DNA of 64,000 nucleotides from an uncultured Methanosarcinales archaeon (GTDB lineage Archaea; Nanobdellota; Nanobdellia; Woesearchaeales; ARS49), in assembly GCA_964550175.1 (NCBI GenBank), contig CAZJXP010000001.1, forward strand, positions 706,774 through 770,773, given 5' to 3'. The translations under genes were made by a program, and so were the position numbers. A model generated the notes under the pieces. That model was not told where the DNA came from, searched no databases, and saw only the letters and a list, made by a program, of their open reading frames with translations. Below, piece after piece: positions 18,452 through 27,624 of this stretch (position 1 is its first letter; each line of letters starts with the position of its first letter).

Positions 18452-19782
18452 AAATCAACGGCTCGCAAAAGCACATCCTCGACAGCGGAGGCTGGTGGGG
18501 AATGTACGACGGGCTCACAGCAGGCTATCTCATTGCGTATGCGCTCGCGCTCGGCGCGAGCAACACGATCGTCGGCGTCATCGGCGCGATCCCGTTCATC
18601 GCAGCGCTCTTGAGCGAGATCCCCGGTGCGAAATTACTTGAACGCTTTTCGCGGTTGAAGATTTACCGCGTCTCAAGCACGCTCGCGCGCCTCGGCTGGA
18701 TAGGGATAATCGTTGCGCCGTTCGTGTTCACGAAAGCCCCGCTGTTCGCCGTCGTCATGTTCTTCTTTTTGATACGTTGCCTCGATTATTTAGCTGACCC
18801 TGCGTGGACAACGCTGTTGGCAGATGTTATCCCCCCTAAAATCCGCGGCGAGTTCATCGCGCGCAGGATTAAGCTCATTGGCATCGCGGGAATGATCTCG
18901 CTCATTGTAGGCGGCTGGTATTTGGACCTGTTCATTTCCGGCGATTTGTTCGGTTTCGTCACGATGTTCGGCATCGGCGTGCTGTGTGGATTGGCGACGA
19001 CATTCGTGACGACGCGCGTCAAGGAACCGCCGTACCAAGACCACATCCATCATGGGTTCAGGGAGTTCTTCAAGATCGAGGGGGATTTCAAGAAATACAC
19101 CCTGTTCGTCTTCTGCTTCAATTTCGCGTTCATGCTCGCCTCTCCGTTTTTCACGGCGTACATTCTCCATGACTTGGGACAGAGTTACACGATTTTCGCG
19201 CTGTCGACGGCCGTCGCGACCATAAGCAAAATTCTCGTGTTCACGCACATGGGAAAGCTTTCGGACAAATACGGCGACAAGCCCGTTCTGCTATTGAGCG
19301 TCATGAGCACGGCGCTCGTGCCGTTCGCGTTTATTTTTGTCACGGTGGACACGCTGTGGCTGCTCTGGCCGGCGCAAATCCTCGCGGGCATCGCCTGGGC
19401 AGGCTATGACGTGTCCATCTTCAACATGTTCCTTAGCCTGACGACGCCGGACAAGCGCGCGGTGCAGACCGCGACATACAACATCGTCACGAGCATCCCG
19501 CTCGTGATCGCGCCGATCGTCGGCGGCTGGATCGCGGACAATATCGCGATCGGACTTGTTGGAATCCCGGTGATATTCCTGTTATCGGGCGGGCTGCGGT
19601 TCTTGACCTCGCTTCTTTTGATACGCATCCCTGAGAACAGAGTGAAGCACAATTACGCGCTGTCGGAAGTGTTCTTGCACACCATCGAAATGCACCCGTC
19701 GCGCGGGCTGCAGACAAGATGGGTCGGACTGATGCGCAATGTCAAGCGGCGCGGGCTTCTGTTCACTGGACTATTCCGGTAG
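18448..19782 (+). CDS. MFS transporter
   Basis: About 12 TM helices, GKLSDKYGDK motif A. Confidence 0.9.
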   Translation: MKINGSQKHILDSGGWWGMYDGLTAGYLIAYALALGASNTIVGVIGAIPFIAALLSEIPGAKLLERFSRLKIYRVSSTLARLGWIGIIVAPFVFTKAPLFAVVMFFFLIRCLDYLADPAWTTLLADVIPPKIRGEFIARRIKLIGIAGMISLIVGGWYLDLFISGDLFGFVTMFGIGVLCGLATTFVTTRVKEPPYQDHIHHGFREFFKIEGDFKKYTLFVFCFNFAFMLASPFFTAYILHDLGQSYTIFALSTAVATISKILVFTHMGKLSDKYGDKPVLLLSVMSTALVPFAFIFVTVDTLWLLWPAQILAGIAWAGYDVSIFNMFLSLTTPDKRAVQTATYNIVTSIPLVIAPIVGGWIADNIAIGLVGIPVIFLLSGGLRFLTSLLLIRIPENRVKHNYALSEVFLHTIEMHPSRGLQTRWVGLMRNVKRRGLLFTGLFR

Positions 19783-19818
19783 CAAAGTTTTTTAAGGGCA
19801 GACGAACGCGAAAACCAA

Positions 19819-20517
19819 ATGGAAAAGGCAAAGAAACCGATTCTTTCATCAAAAGCAACGCAGACCAAATCAGACATTCCTTCTTCATTCGACCATAAGG
19901 ATGAGCAGAAACCGCAGCAATTCGTTATGAAGACGAGCATCTGGCGCAAGATCTGGTGGTTCATCTGGGAAGATACCAGCGTGTGGAGCTGGATTGTCAA
20001 TGTTATTCTTGCATTTGTGATTATCAAATTCTTGGTGTATCCTGGATTGGGATTCGCGTTGGGGACAACGCACCCCATCGTTGCGGTCGTTTCCGGCTCG
20101 ATGGAACACGACGAAAGCTTCGACAAATGGTGGACCGTGTCGGGACCGAACTGCAACAAAACCCCGTTCGAGCTTTACTCGCCGTATGGCATCACAAAAG
20201 AGCAATTTAATGCGTATTCATTCCATAACGGGTTCAATAAAGGAGACCTCATGATATTGAAGCGCACGAATTCGCTGCAGGTGGGCGATGTCGTCGTGTT
20301 CGACGGCGGAATGAGCGATCCCATCATCCACCGCGCGATATTGCTGGCCAATGATACAGTTTCGACGAAAGGGGATCATAACTGCGCCTCTGCGGCTTTT
20401 GAACGCGACATCTCATCCGATCGATTGATCGGCAAGGCAATCCTCCGCATTCCGTTCCTTGGTTGGATAAAGATAGGGTTCGTCGAGCTTGTTGGACTTA
20501 TCACGGGGCGTGCGTAA
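19819..20517 (+). CDS. Signal peptidase I (archaeal Sec11-like)
   Basis: VVSGSME, KGDL, PIIHR, TKGDHN, IPFLGW. Confidence 0.9.
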   Translation: MEKAKKPILSSKATQTKSDIPSSFDHKDEQKPQQFVMKTSIWRKIWWFIWEDTSVWSWIVNVILAFVIIKFLVYPGLGFALGTTHPIVAVVSGSMEHDESFDKWWTVSGPNCNKTPFELYSPYGITKEQFNAYSFHNGFNKGDLMILKRTNSLQVGDVVVFDGGMSDPIIHRAILLANDTVSTKGDHNCASAAFERDISSDRLIGKAILRIPFLGWIKIGFVELVGLITGRA

Positions 20518-20828
20518 TGTTCTGCCCGAAATGCAAGTCGATATTGATGCCGCGCATGATGAATGGCAAACGAGTGCTTGGCTGTTCCTGCGGCTATAAA
20601 GCCGAAGGCAGCGTGACCATAACGGAAGAAGTCCGCAATAACAACAAGGAAGTCACCGTGATGGACAAGGAAGATCATGAGTCTCTTCCGTTGACGGACA
20701 ACATGTGCAAGAAGTGCAAGCACCCGAAGTCTTATTTTTGGGAATTGCAGACTCGTTCTGCGGACGAACCGTCTACTCGCTTTTACAAATGCCAGAAGTG
20801 CAAGCACGTCTGGCGGGAATATAAGTAA
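20517..20828 (+). CDS. tfs: Transcription factor S
   Basis: MFCPKC...; QTRSADEPSTRFYKCQKC. Confidence 0.95.
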   Translation: MFCPKCKSILMPRMMNGKRVLGCSCGYKAEGSVTITEEVRNNNKEVTVMDKEDHESLPLTDNMCKKCKHPKSYFWELQTRSADEPSTRFYKCQKCKHVWREYK

Positions 20829-20829
20829 T

Positions 20830-20927
20830 CTTTTTACCGCCCCGTTTAGATGCGTTCAGGCCATAATTTTATTTACTATTGAGCCACTAACTCAAAATCT
20901 GCAGTGGCTAGAACTGCCTGGGAAAAG
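20830..20927 (+). repeat. Palindromic intergenic element copy R6 (core inverted, hairpin insert in right arm)
   Basis: CTTTTTACCGCCCCGTTTAGA, inverted core, ACTCAAAATCTGC[AGTGGCTAGAACTGC]CTGGGAAAAG. Confidence 0.9.
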
Positions 20928-20936
20928 TAACTTCAC

Positions 20937-21179
20937 ATGGATATTACGCAACACATAAAAAACGGAAAGCTCGCGGTCCGCGTAAAACCCTCGGCGTCTG
21001 AGACTGCAATCATCGGTTACGACGCGGAACGGGAGGCCGTTATCATCTCCGTCGCGGCGCAGCCGGAAGACAACAAGGCGAACATTGCGTTGTTGAAATT
21101 TCTTAAAAAACAGTTGAAGAAGCAAGTGCGACTGGTTTCCGGCGCGAAGTCGCGCGACAAAGTCGTTTCTGTCGATTAG
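20937..21179 (+). CDS. DUF167/YggU family protein
   Basis: VRVKPSA...AQPEDNKANIALLKFL...SGAKSRDK. Confidence 0.9.
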   Translation: MDITQHIKNGKLAVRVKPSASETAIIGYDAEREAVIISVAAQPEDNKANIALLKFLKKQLKKQVRLVSGAKSRDKVVSVD

Positions 21180-21261
21180 TTCCGGAAATCTTCCGCTTTT
21201 TCAGCAAATCTTCCGGAAATTCTTCAGAAACGCATTTGAACGCGAAAATCATTGAGAGTGT

Positions 21262-21507
21262 ATGTCCAACGTCACGTTGATTGTCATGAGCGCCGGAACG
21301 ATGCGCATCACGCAGGCGCACTGGAGAACGGTCAAACTTCTTCTGCAGCACGGATTCAAAGGAGTGCACTGGGCCTCGCAGCCGTGGGTCTCGGAAACAG
21401 ATGCTGGCTATATATTATTGGATTACGGGCAAAAGGTGCTCATTAATGCGCAAAACGCGTTCGATTTAACCCAAATCAAGGGATGGGATGTCATACGGTT
21501 TGTCTAG
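21262..21507 (+). CDS. Hypothetical protein
   Basis: 81 aa ORF filling an intergenic gap. Confidence 0.5.
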   Translation: MSNVTLIVMSAGTMRITQAHWRTVKLLLQHGFKGVHWASQPWVSETDAGYILLDYGQKVLINAQNAFDLTQIKGWDVIRFV

Positions 21508-21554
21508 AGAAACCTTTATAAATCACCCATTCGGGGATTGCCTGGGTGAATGTA

Positions 21555-23609
21555 ATGGAATATACACAATTAGCACTACCATTTGTTATGATTGTGAGCG
21601 CACTCGGCCTCCTTTTGGCTTGGGGCTTAGCTCGAAACGTCATGAAGCAGGACAAAGGAACTGCTGCCATGCAGAACGTCGCGGGCGCCATCAAAGAAGG
21701 GGCAGAAGCGTTCTTGAAGCGACAGTACAAAACGATTGGCATCCTCGCCCTCGTGGCGGCTGCTGTGCTGTTCGGCGTTTACTGGGGCTTCGGCCAAGTG
21801 AACCTTGCCGTCAGCACCACCATCTCATTCCTTGTCGGCGCATTCCTGTCCGCGATTGCGGGCATCGTCGGAATGGCCATTTCGGTTCGCGCAAACTTGC
21901 GAACGGCCGCGGCCGCACAAACCAGCATGAGCAAAGCGCTGCTCGTCGCGTTGCGCGGCGGAGCCGTCTCTGGCTTGCTTGTTGTCGCATTATCTCTCTT
22001 GGGCGTCGCGGGACTCTATCTCGCGTTCGGCGGAAACCCGACCGAAACTCCCTTTATGATCGTAGGCTTCGGATTCGGAGCCTCATTCGTCGCGTTGTTC
22101 GCGCAGCTTGGCGGCGGTATCTATACCAAGGCAGCTGACGTCGGCGCGGACCTTGTCGGCAAAGTCGAAGCTGGCATTCCGGAAGACGACCCCCGAAACC
22201 CTGCAGTCATCGCAGACCTTGTCGGAGACAACGTAGGCGACTGCGCGGGCCGAGGAGCGGACTTGTTCGAATCAACGGCGGCCGAAAACATCGGAGCGAT
22301 GATTCTCGGAGTCGCGCTCTTCCCGACGTTCGGCGTCGCGGGCGTATTGTTCCCGCTGGTCGCACGAGCGTTCGGCTTGATCGCATCCGTCATCGGCTTG
22401 TTCTCGGTTCGACCGTCTGAAACCGGCGACCCGATGAAGGCATTGAACCGCGGCTACTGGGTCGCGTCAATCTTCGCGGTTGGCGGACTCTACCTCGCGA
22501 CAAAGATGCTCTTGAATAACATCTGGTTCTTCTGGGCGGGCGTTGTCGGCATCGTCGTCAGCATCCTCTTCGTGTACATCACCCAGTATTACACCGAGTA
22601 CAAGTACCGACCGGTCAAGACCATCGCAGAAGCGTCCAAGACCGGCCCGGCGACGAACATTATCGCAGGCTTGGCAATCGCATTTGAGAACACCGGCTTG
22701 CCGGTATTGGTTATTTCAGGCGCATTGTTCCTGTCCAACTGGCTCGGCGTCAACAGCGGCGTCGCGCACGGCGGACTCTACGGAACGGCCATCGCAACGA
22801 TGGGAATGCTGTCAACGGCAGCTTATGTGCTTGCTATGGACACGTTCGGCCCGATCACGGACAACGCAGGCGGCATTGTCGAAATGTCAAAGGCATCTGA
22901 AGCCGTCAGAAAGCGAACGGACAGGCTTGACGCAGTCGGCAACACCACCAAGGCATTGACCAAGGGCTACGCAATCGGTTCGGCTGCGCTTGCGGCGTTC
23001 TTGTTGTTCGCAGCATACATGGACGAAGTTGCCAAGCTTACGGGCGCGGCATTCGCCGTCGTCGACATCGCAAAGGTGCCGGTGTTCATCGGCGCATTGC
23101 TCGGCGGCATGCTTGTCTTCGTCTTCGCGGGATTGACCATTGCGGCCGTCGGAAAGACGGCGCAGTACATCATCACCGAAGTCCGTCGACAATTCAAGGA
23201 CAAGGGCATCATGAAGGGCACCAAGAAGCCTGACTACGCGGCCTGCGTCGACATCACGACCAAGGGAGCCTTGAGAAACATGGTCTTGCCTGGCATCCTG
23301 GCGATCGGATTCCCGATCCTCGTTGGATTTGCCTTGAAGGCAGAAGCCATGGCGGCATTCCTCATGGTCGGTACGATTGCGGGTATCTTGCTTGCGATTG
23401 TGTTGAACAACGGCGGCGGCGCCTGGGACAACGCAAAGAAGTACATCGAATCCGGTGTCTTTGGCGGAAAGGGCTCAGAAGCGCACAAGGCAGCTGTCGT
23501 AGGAGACACGGTCGGAGACCCTTGCAAGGACACGGCAGGACCGTCTTTGCACGTCTTGATAAAGATGCTTGCAACCATTACGTTGGTGCTTGCACCTTTG
23601 TTCCTGTAA
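21555..23609 (+). CDS. hppA: Membrane-bound ion-translocating pyrophosphatase (K+-independent H+-PPase type)
   Basis: GGGIYTKAADVGADLVGKVE, DDPRNPAVIADLVGDNVGD, GNTTKA (Lys indicates K+-independent), GDTVGDPCKDTAGP. Confidence 0.95.
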   Translation: MEYTQLALPFVMIVSALGLLLAWGLARNVMKQDKGTAAMQNVAGAIKEGAEAFLKRQYKTIGILALVAAAVLFGVYWGFGQVNLAVSTTISFLVGAFLSAIAGIVGMAISVRANLRTAAAAQTSMSKALLVALRGGAVSGLLVVALSLLGVAGLYLAFGGNPTETPFMIVGFGFGASFVALFAQLGGGIYTKAADVGADLVGKVEAGIPEDDPRNPAVIADLVGDNVGDCAGRGADLFESTAAENIGAMILGVALFPTFGVAGVLFPLVARAFGLIASVIGLFSVRPSETGDPMKALNRGYWVASIFAVGGLYLATKMLLNNIWFFWAGVVGIVVSILFVYITQYYTEYKYRPVKTIAEASKTGPATNIIAGLAIAFENTGLPVLVISGALFLSNWLGVNSGVAHGGLYGTAIATMGMLSTAAYVLAMDTFGPITDNAGGIVEMSKASEAVRKRTDRLDAVGNTTKALTKGYAIGSAALAAFLLFAAYMDEVAKLTGAAFAVVDIAKVPVFIGALLGGMLVFVFAGLTIAAVGKTAQYIITEVRRQFKDKGIMKGTKKPDYAACVDITTKGALRNMVLPGILAIGFPILVGFALKAEAMAAFLMVGTIAGILLAIVLNNGGGAWDNAKKYIESGVFGGKGSEAHKAAVVGDTVGDPCKDTAGPSLHVLIKMLATITLVLAPLFL

Positions 23610-23653
23610 ATATCTTCTTTTTTTTCTTTTTTTTATTAATTAATGGGACTGTT

Positions 23654-23851
23654 ATGGCATTGGAAATCAGACTTGGCGAAATAGAATTGGATATGCATCA
23701 TATCACCGTAGTTCTTTGCAGAGCGGCGCACACTGACACTGCGGTCAAAACGCCCGTCGTTTTCGGAAAGCAGATGGATGTTTATTGCCCGAAATGCAAA
23801 GTGCAGTATACCCGTCGGATGACCGCGCCCGAAAAAAGGATTTATACTTGA
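23654..23851 (+). CDS. Small putative zinc-binding protein
   Basis: MALEIRLG...CRAAH...YCPKC. Confidence 0.45.
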   Translation: MALEIRLGEIELDMHHITVVLCRAAHTDTAVKTPVVFGKQMDVYCPKCKVQYTRRMTAPEKRIYT

Positions 23852-23853
23852 TT

Positions 23854-24498
23854 CTAATATTTCAGATTTACCAGCGTATTGTTCAGGAACTTGAAAATAT
23901 CCTCCGTGACCTTGTCCTTCGGCTGGTTCGCGTCGATGTGCTTGACGATGCCGCGCGGCTCGTAGAACGCGATGACGGGTTTTGTGAGGGTTTCGTACTC
24001 ATGCATGCGTCGTGCAACAATCTCTTTCGTGGTGTCATCGTGACGCGTGAACAACGGAATCCTGCACTGGCCGCATAGCGCGGGATTGCTCAAGCCGTCC
24101 GTTAGCCCGAAGACCCGTCCGCATTGGTTGCAGCAACGCCGCGCCATAAGGCGCTCTTTCGCGATTTCTTGCGGCAGATCCAACGCGAGCACATATTGAG
24201 GCCGGCTTATGTTGTCAAGCGCTTTCGCCTGAGCTACCGTTCTCGGGAAACCGTCCCAAAGCCTGCCTTGCCGCACCGGTTTCGTCATAAGATACTCGAT
24301 CATCAGGTCGTCCGGCACAAGCTGTCCGTCGTCTTTGATGACACGTAATTTTCTCCCGTAATACGTGTCCTGCTTGACTTCCGCACGGATGAGGTCTCCG
24401 GTTGAAAGATGAACGATGCCATAATGGGCTTCGATGCGCTTGCCTTGCGTGCCCTTGCCCGCGCCTGGAATGCTAATGAGCACGACGTCTATGCTCAC
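23854..24498 (-). CDS. adk: Adenylate kinase (bacterial type with Zn lid)
   Basis: PGAGKGTQ, STGDLIR, DGFPRT, CxxC...CxxC lid, RHDD. Confidence 0.9.
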   Translation of the reverse strand: MSIDVVLISIPGAGKGTQGKRIEAHYGIVHLSTGDLIRAEVKQDTYYGRKLRVIKDDGQLVPDDLMIEYLMTKPVRQGRLWDGFPRTVAQAKALDNISRPQYVLALDLPQEIAKERLMARRCCNQCGRVFGLTDGLSNPALCGQCRIPLFTRHDDTTKEIVARRMHEYETLTKPVIAFYEPRGIVKHIDANQPKDKVTEDIFKFLNNTLVNLKY

Positions 24499-25235
24499 CT
24501 AAATCCCTCCAACGTGGACTGCTTCTTGTCAAACTCTTCCAAGTATTTCGGCGGCTTTATCGCTTTGAACTCGTAGCCCCAATCCTCGAGCATCGCTTTC
24601 GCGTTTTCGGTGATCTTCGGGGCGGCGAGGATGCCGCGAATCTTTGAGACTCCCTTGCTGACCATCATCTTTTCTATGTAACGTCGTAATTGTGTGACGG
24701 CTGAAAGGTCGGCGCAGTAGCGCTTGCATTCGACAATCGTTAACGTTCCGTTCTTGTCCGTCCCGAACACGTCGATGAACCCGTATGCGGTTTGTTCTTC
24801 TCTTGAGACTGGCTTGAACCCGGTTTCGATCATCTCTGGATGCTCATAGAGCATGTTGCTCATGTCCTCTTCCGTGCCACTGACGACAATCGTTTGGCTG
24901 TCTTCCAGCTTTTGCGAGTTGTAGAAATGGATTCGGTCAAGCTGGATGTCCAAGAATTCCTTGAACGCGAGGTTTTTGCTTTTGAGCAACAGATGGTTGC
25001 CCTCGACCACGACGCTGTGGCTCGTCTCGGGCTTCATGTAGTTGATCGGGGCGTTCCCGGTCGGCTGGTGCACAAGAATAGCTTTATCATTTTTGATGAG
25101 AATAATCCGGTCGCCGCGGCCCAAGACGCTTTCCGCTCGTCCCGAGTAGCGGATGGAACAGGTGCAGCCGATGACGAGAGTTTCGTTGCGGGACAGCGCG
25201 TCGGTGATGAGCGTGGCATAGTCCTGCAAGTTCAT
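24495..25235 (-). CDS. nucS: Endonuclease NucS/EndoMS
   Basis: YSGRAES, IDVFG...IVECKR...AVTQLRRY. Confidence 0.92.
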   Translation of the reverse strand: MNLQDYATLITDALSRNETLVIGCTCSIRYSGRAESVLGRGDRIILIKNDKAILVHQPTGNAPINYMKPETSHSVVVEGNHLLLKSKNLAFKEFLDIQLDRIHFYNSQKLEDSQTIVVSGTEEDMSNMLYEHPEMIETGFKPVSREEQTAYGFIDVFGTDKNGTLTIVECKRYCADLSAVTQLRRYIEKMMVSKGVSKIRGILAAPKITENAKAMLEDWGYEFKAIKPPKYLEEFDKKQSTLEGFR

Positions 25236-25258
25236 GGTGAGAAGGAATAATTGAGGGT

Positions 25259-26305
25259 TTATTTACTTTTGGTCATGCCGGCGTACGTCAGCATTTCATC
25301 ATGGAGGACTTCGAGCTTGACATTCGCGCGCTTGAACAGCTCGCGGGTCTTCTGGGCGCCGTGGTAGCGCTTGTCAGCTACGACTCGCGCGATTCCCGCG
25401 GTGATGATGAGCTTCGCGCAGACATAGCAGGGCTCCATGCGCACATAGATTGTTCCACCGTTGATTGCGATGCCGTGCTTCGCGGCCTGTGCAAGTGCGT
25501 TCTGCTCGGCGTGCGTTGTTCGGATGCAGTGCATCCTCGGCTTCCCGTCGTCTCCGATGACTTCCTGAATCTCGTGGCCGACCTCATCGCAATGCGGGAC
25601 CCCTTTCGGTGAGCCGACGTAGCCGGTCGCGAGAAGCTGTTTGTCCTTGACGATGACCGAACCAGCACGTCCTCGGTCGCAGGTCGAACGCTTCGCGACT
25701 TCGTTCGCGATGTTCATGAAATACTCGTCCCAGCTCGGCCTCGGGAGCGCGAGCTTATGCCCCCAATCGTCGATGAACTTGTCAATTTTCTTGTGGAGCT
25801 GCTCTAACGTGCCGTCGTTCTTGATTACGATTCTTGCGAGCTTGACGGTTCGGTTGAGCTGCTGATGCGAGGGATTGTCGTGGTTTTCCTGCTGCTCGCA
25901 TCTTTTCAGGTCGTTCGCGGTCTTTATTTTCTTATCTTCCGGCTTGTTTCTTGCCTTTATTCTTTCAAACCGGACGCCGAACGGCGCATCGATGCACAAC
26001 AGGATGAAGTCTTTTCGTTTCTTTAGTTCTTCAACCTCGTGCGGGTTTCTGATGCTGCTGATGACAAAATTCTTGTCGGCGTCGATCTTCTTTATCGCGC
26101 GCTCGCCTAACACTCCCGGCCCGAACTTTTCTCTCAACTCGTTCCCGAGATTGATGAGATTCTCCCTGGTCACCTCTGTTCCCCGAACCTTCGCTTCCTC
26201 GCGGATCATGTCAGAAAGAGAAAAATGGCCGTATCCCTTGGACATCAAGTAGTCGGCGACCGTGTCCTTGCCGCTGCAATACAAGCCTGTGAGCCCGATA
26301 AGCAT
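25259..26305 (-). CDS. P-loop NMP/dephospho-CoA-kinase-like domain fused to dCMP deaminase
   Basis: N-terminal GLYCSGKD P-loop; C-terminal RPSWDEYF, RSTC, HAEQNA, PCYVC. Confidence 0.9.
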   Translation of the reverse strand: MLIGLTGLYCSGKDTVADYLMSKGYGHFSLSDMIREEAKVRGTEVTRENLINLGNELREKFGPGVLGERAIKKIDADKNFVISSIRNPHEVEELKKRKDFILLCIDAPFGVRFERIKARNKPEDKKIKTANDLKRCEQQENHDNPSHQQLNRTVKLARIVIKNDGTLEQLHKKIDKFIDDWGHKLALPRPSWDEYFMNIANEVAKRSTCDRGRAGSVIVKDKQLLATGYVGSPKGVPHCDEVGHEIQEVIGDDGKPRMHCIRTTHAEQNALAQAAKHGIAINGGTIYVRMEPCYVCAKLIITAGIARVVADKRYHGAQKTRELFKRANVKLEVLHDEMLTYAGMTKSK

Positions 26306-26472
26306 GGATTTTCAATTCTCCTGTTGCTTAAATGGATTCTGCGTCGCAGAAGTAGAGGTTAGAAACGCATCGTTATTGACGACAAATTTCGTCTTTATAA
26401 ACTTCTGACCAGTCAAGAATACACGTTGGATGACAATAATCGATTTAAGTATGGGTTGAGAGAAAAATCGAT

Positions 26473-27624
26473 ATGGGGGAGTTCGTAAAAAACAAATATG
26501 GCGTGCTACCGCGCCAGGAACTTCTCGACGCATTTGATTGCGGAATGCTCAGTTCTGAAACGGATCCAAAATCATATATGCAGCCCGCGAGCGTCGACAT
26601 TCCGCTCGGCGAACGAGTCATTCGTTTAAAATCATCGTTTTTGCCCGATAATAAGATAGGGTCCGTTGAGGCAACCATTAAAAAATTGAGTCGTGATGAA
26701 TTTTCTTTAAATGAGCTTGTTCCCAAAGCGTTAGTTCGCGGACAAACCTATCTTGCCGAATTGGATATGGAAGCTAACTTACAGAAAAATTATTCTGGCA
26801 CGCTTAATCCAAAAAGCACAACCGGACGAGCGGACTGTCTCACGCGGGTTATTGTCGACGGCGTGCGCAATTATGATACGGTGTCGGAAGGAAAGGGGCG
26901 AAAATTCTGGCTTGAAATCACTCCCTTGAGCTGGGACGTGAAAGTGACCAAAGGCCTCGCACTTAATCAGTTGCGATTATCCTACGGCGAAAATCCGCTT
27001 GATGAAGGAGCATTAGTCATGGCATACATGAAGACTCCGTTGCTTATCGACCCGGAAGGACAGACCATACCCATTGAAAAAGCGTGCTTCAAGCGAGGCG
27101 GGCTGGAAATGACCGTTGACCTCGATGCGGATATTGTAGGGTATAAAGCGAAAAGAAATTCGCTCCTCGAGTTCAATCTTAGCGCGGAAAAAGGGACGCT
27201 TGCGGAACAACAAAACAAGTTCTTTGAGCCGATTGAGCGCCCGAAAGATGGCGAGCTGGTTCTTGAACCCGATACGTTCTACCTGCTCGGCACGCGTGAA
27301 AAAGCGGTGATTCCCGAGGGTCTTTGCGGCACATTGCGGGCGTACGATCCGGCATCGGCCGAAGGACGCGTTCATTACGCCGGTTTCTTCGATCCGGGCT
27401 TTTGCGCGCACGCAACATTGGAAGTCAGACTCAATCATTTACCGTTCTTGATCAAGGATGGACAGCCCATCTGCGTCTTGCAGTACGAACGCATGAAGGA
27501 CATTCCCCGCGACGAGAACGGCGAACCAAAGCTCTATGTGGGGAATTACCAGGACCAGCCGAGAGGACCTAACTTGCCGAAACAGTTCGGCGTGCGGAAA
27601 GTAGAAGCGGGAAGTTTGAGGTGA
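26473..27624 (+). CDS. dcd: dCTP deaminase (long, duplicated DCD type)
   Basis: QPASVD, NPKSTTGRAD, RVHYAGFFDPGF, TLEV, YQDQ. Confidence 0.85.
   Translation: MGEFVKNKYGVLPRQELLDAFDCGMLSSETDPKSYMQPASVDIPLGERVIRLKSSFLPDNKIGSVEATIKKLSRDEFSLNELVPKALVRGQTYLAELDMEANLQKNYSGTLNPKSTTGRADCLTRVIVDGVRNYDTVSEGKGRKFWLEITPLSWDVKVTKGLALNQLRLSYGENPLDEGALVMAYMKTPLLIDPEGQTIPIEKACFKRGGLEMTVDLDADIVGYKAKRNSLLEFNLSAEKGTLAEQQNKFFEPIERPKDGELVLEPDTFYLLGTREKAVIPEGLCGTLRAYDPASAEGRVHYAGFFDPGFCAHATLEVRLNHLPFLIKDGQPICVLQYERMKDIPRDENGEPKLYVGNYQDQPRGPNLPKQFGVRKVEAGSLR

Noticed and set aside
21180..21245. TTCCGGAAAT / AAATCTTCCG short repeats
   Set aside because: Short, low complexity and no siblings; may be a remnant but cannot be supported.
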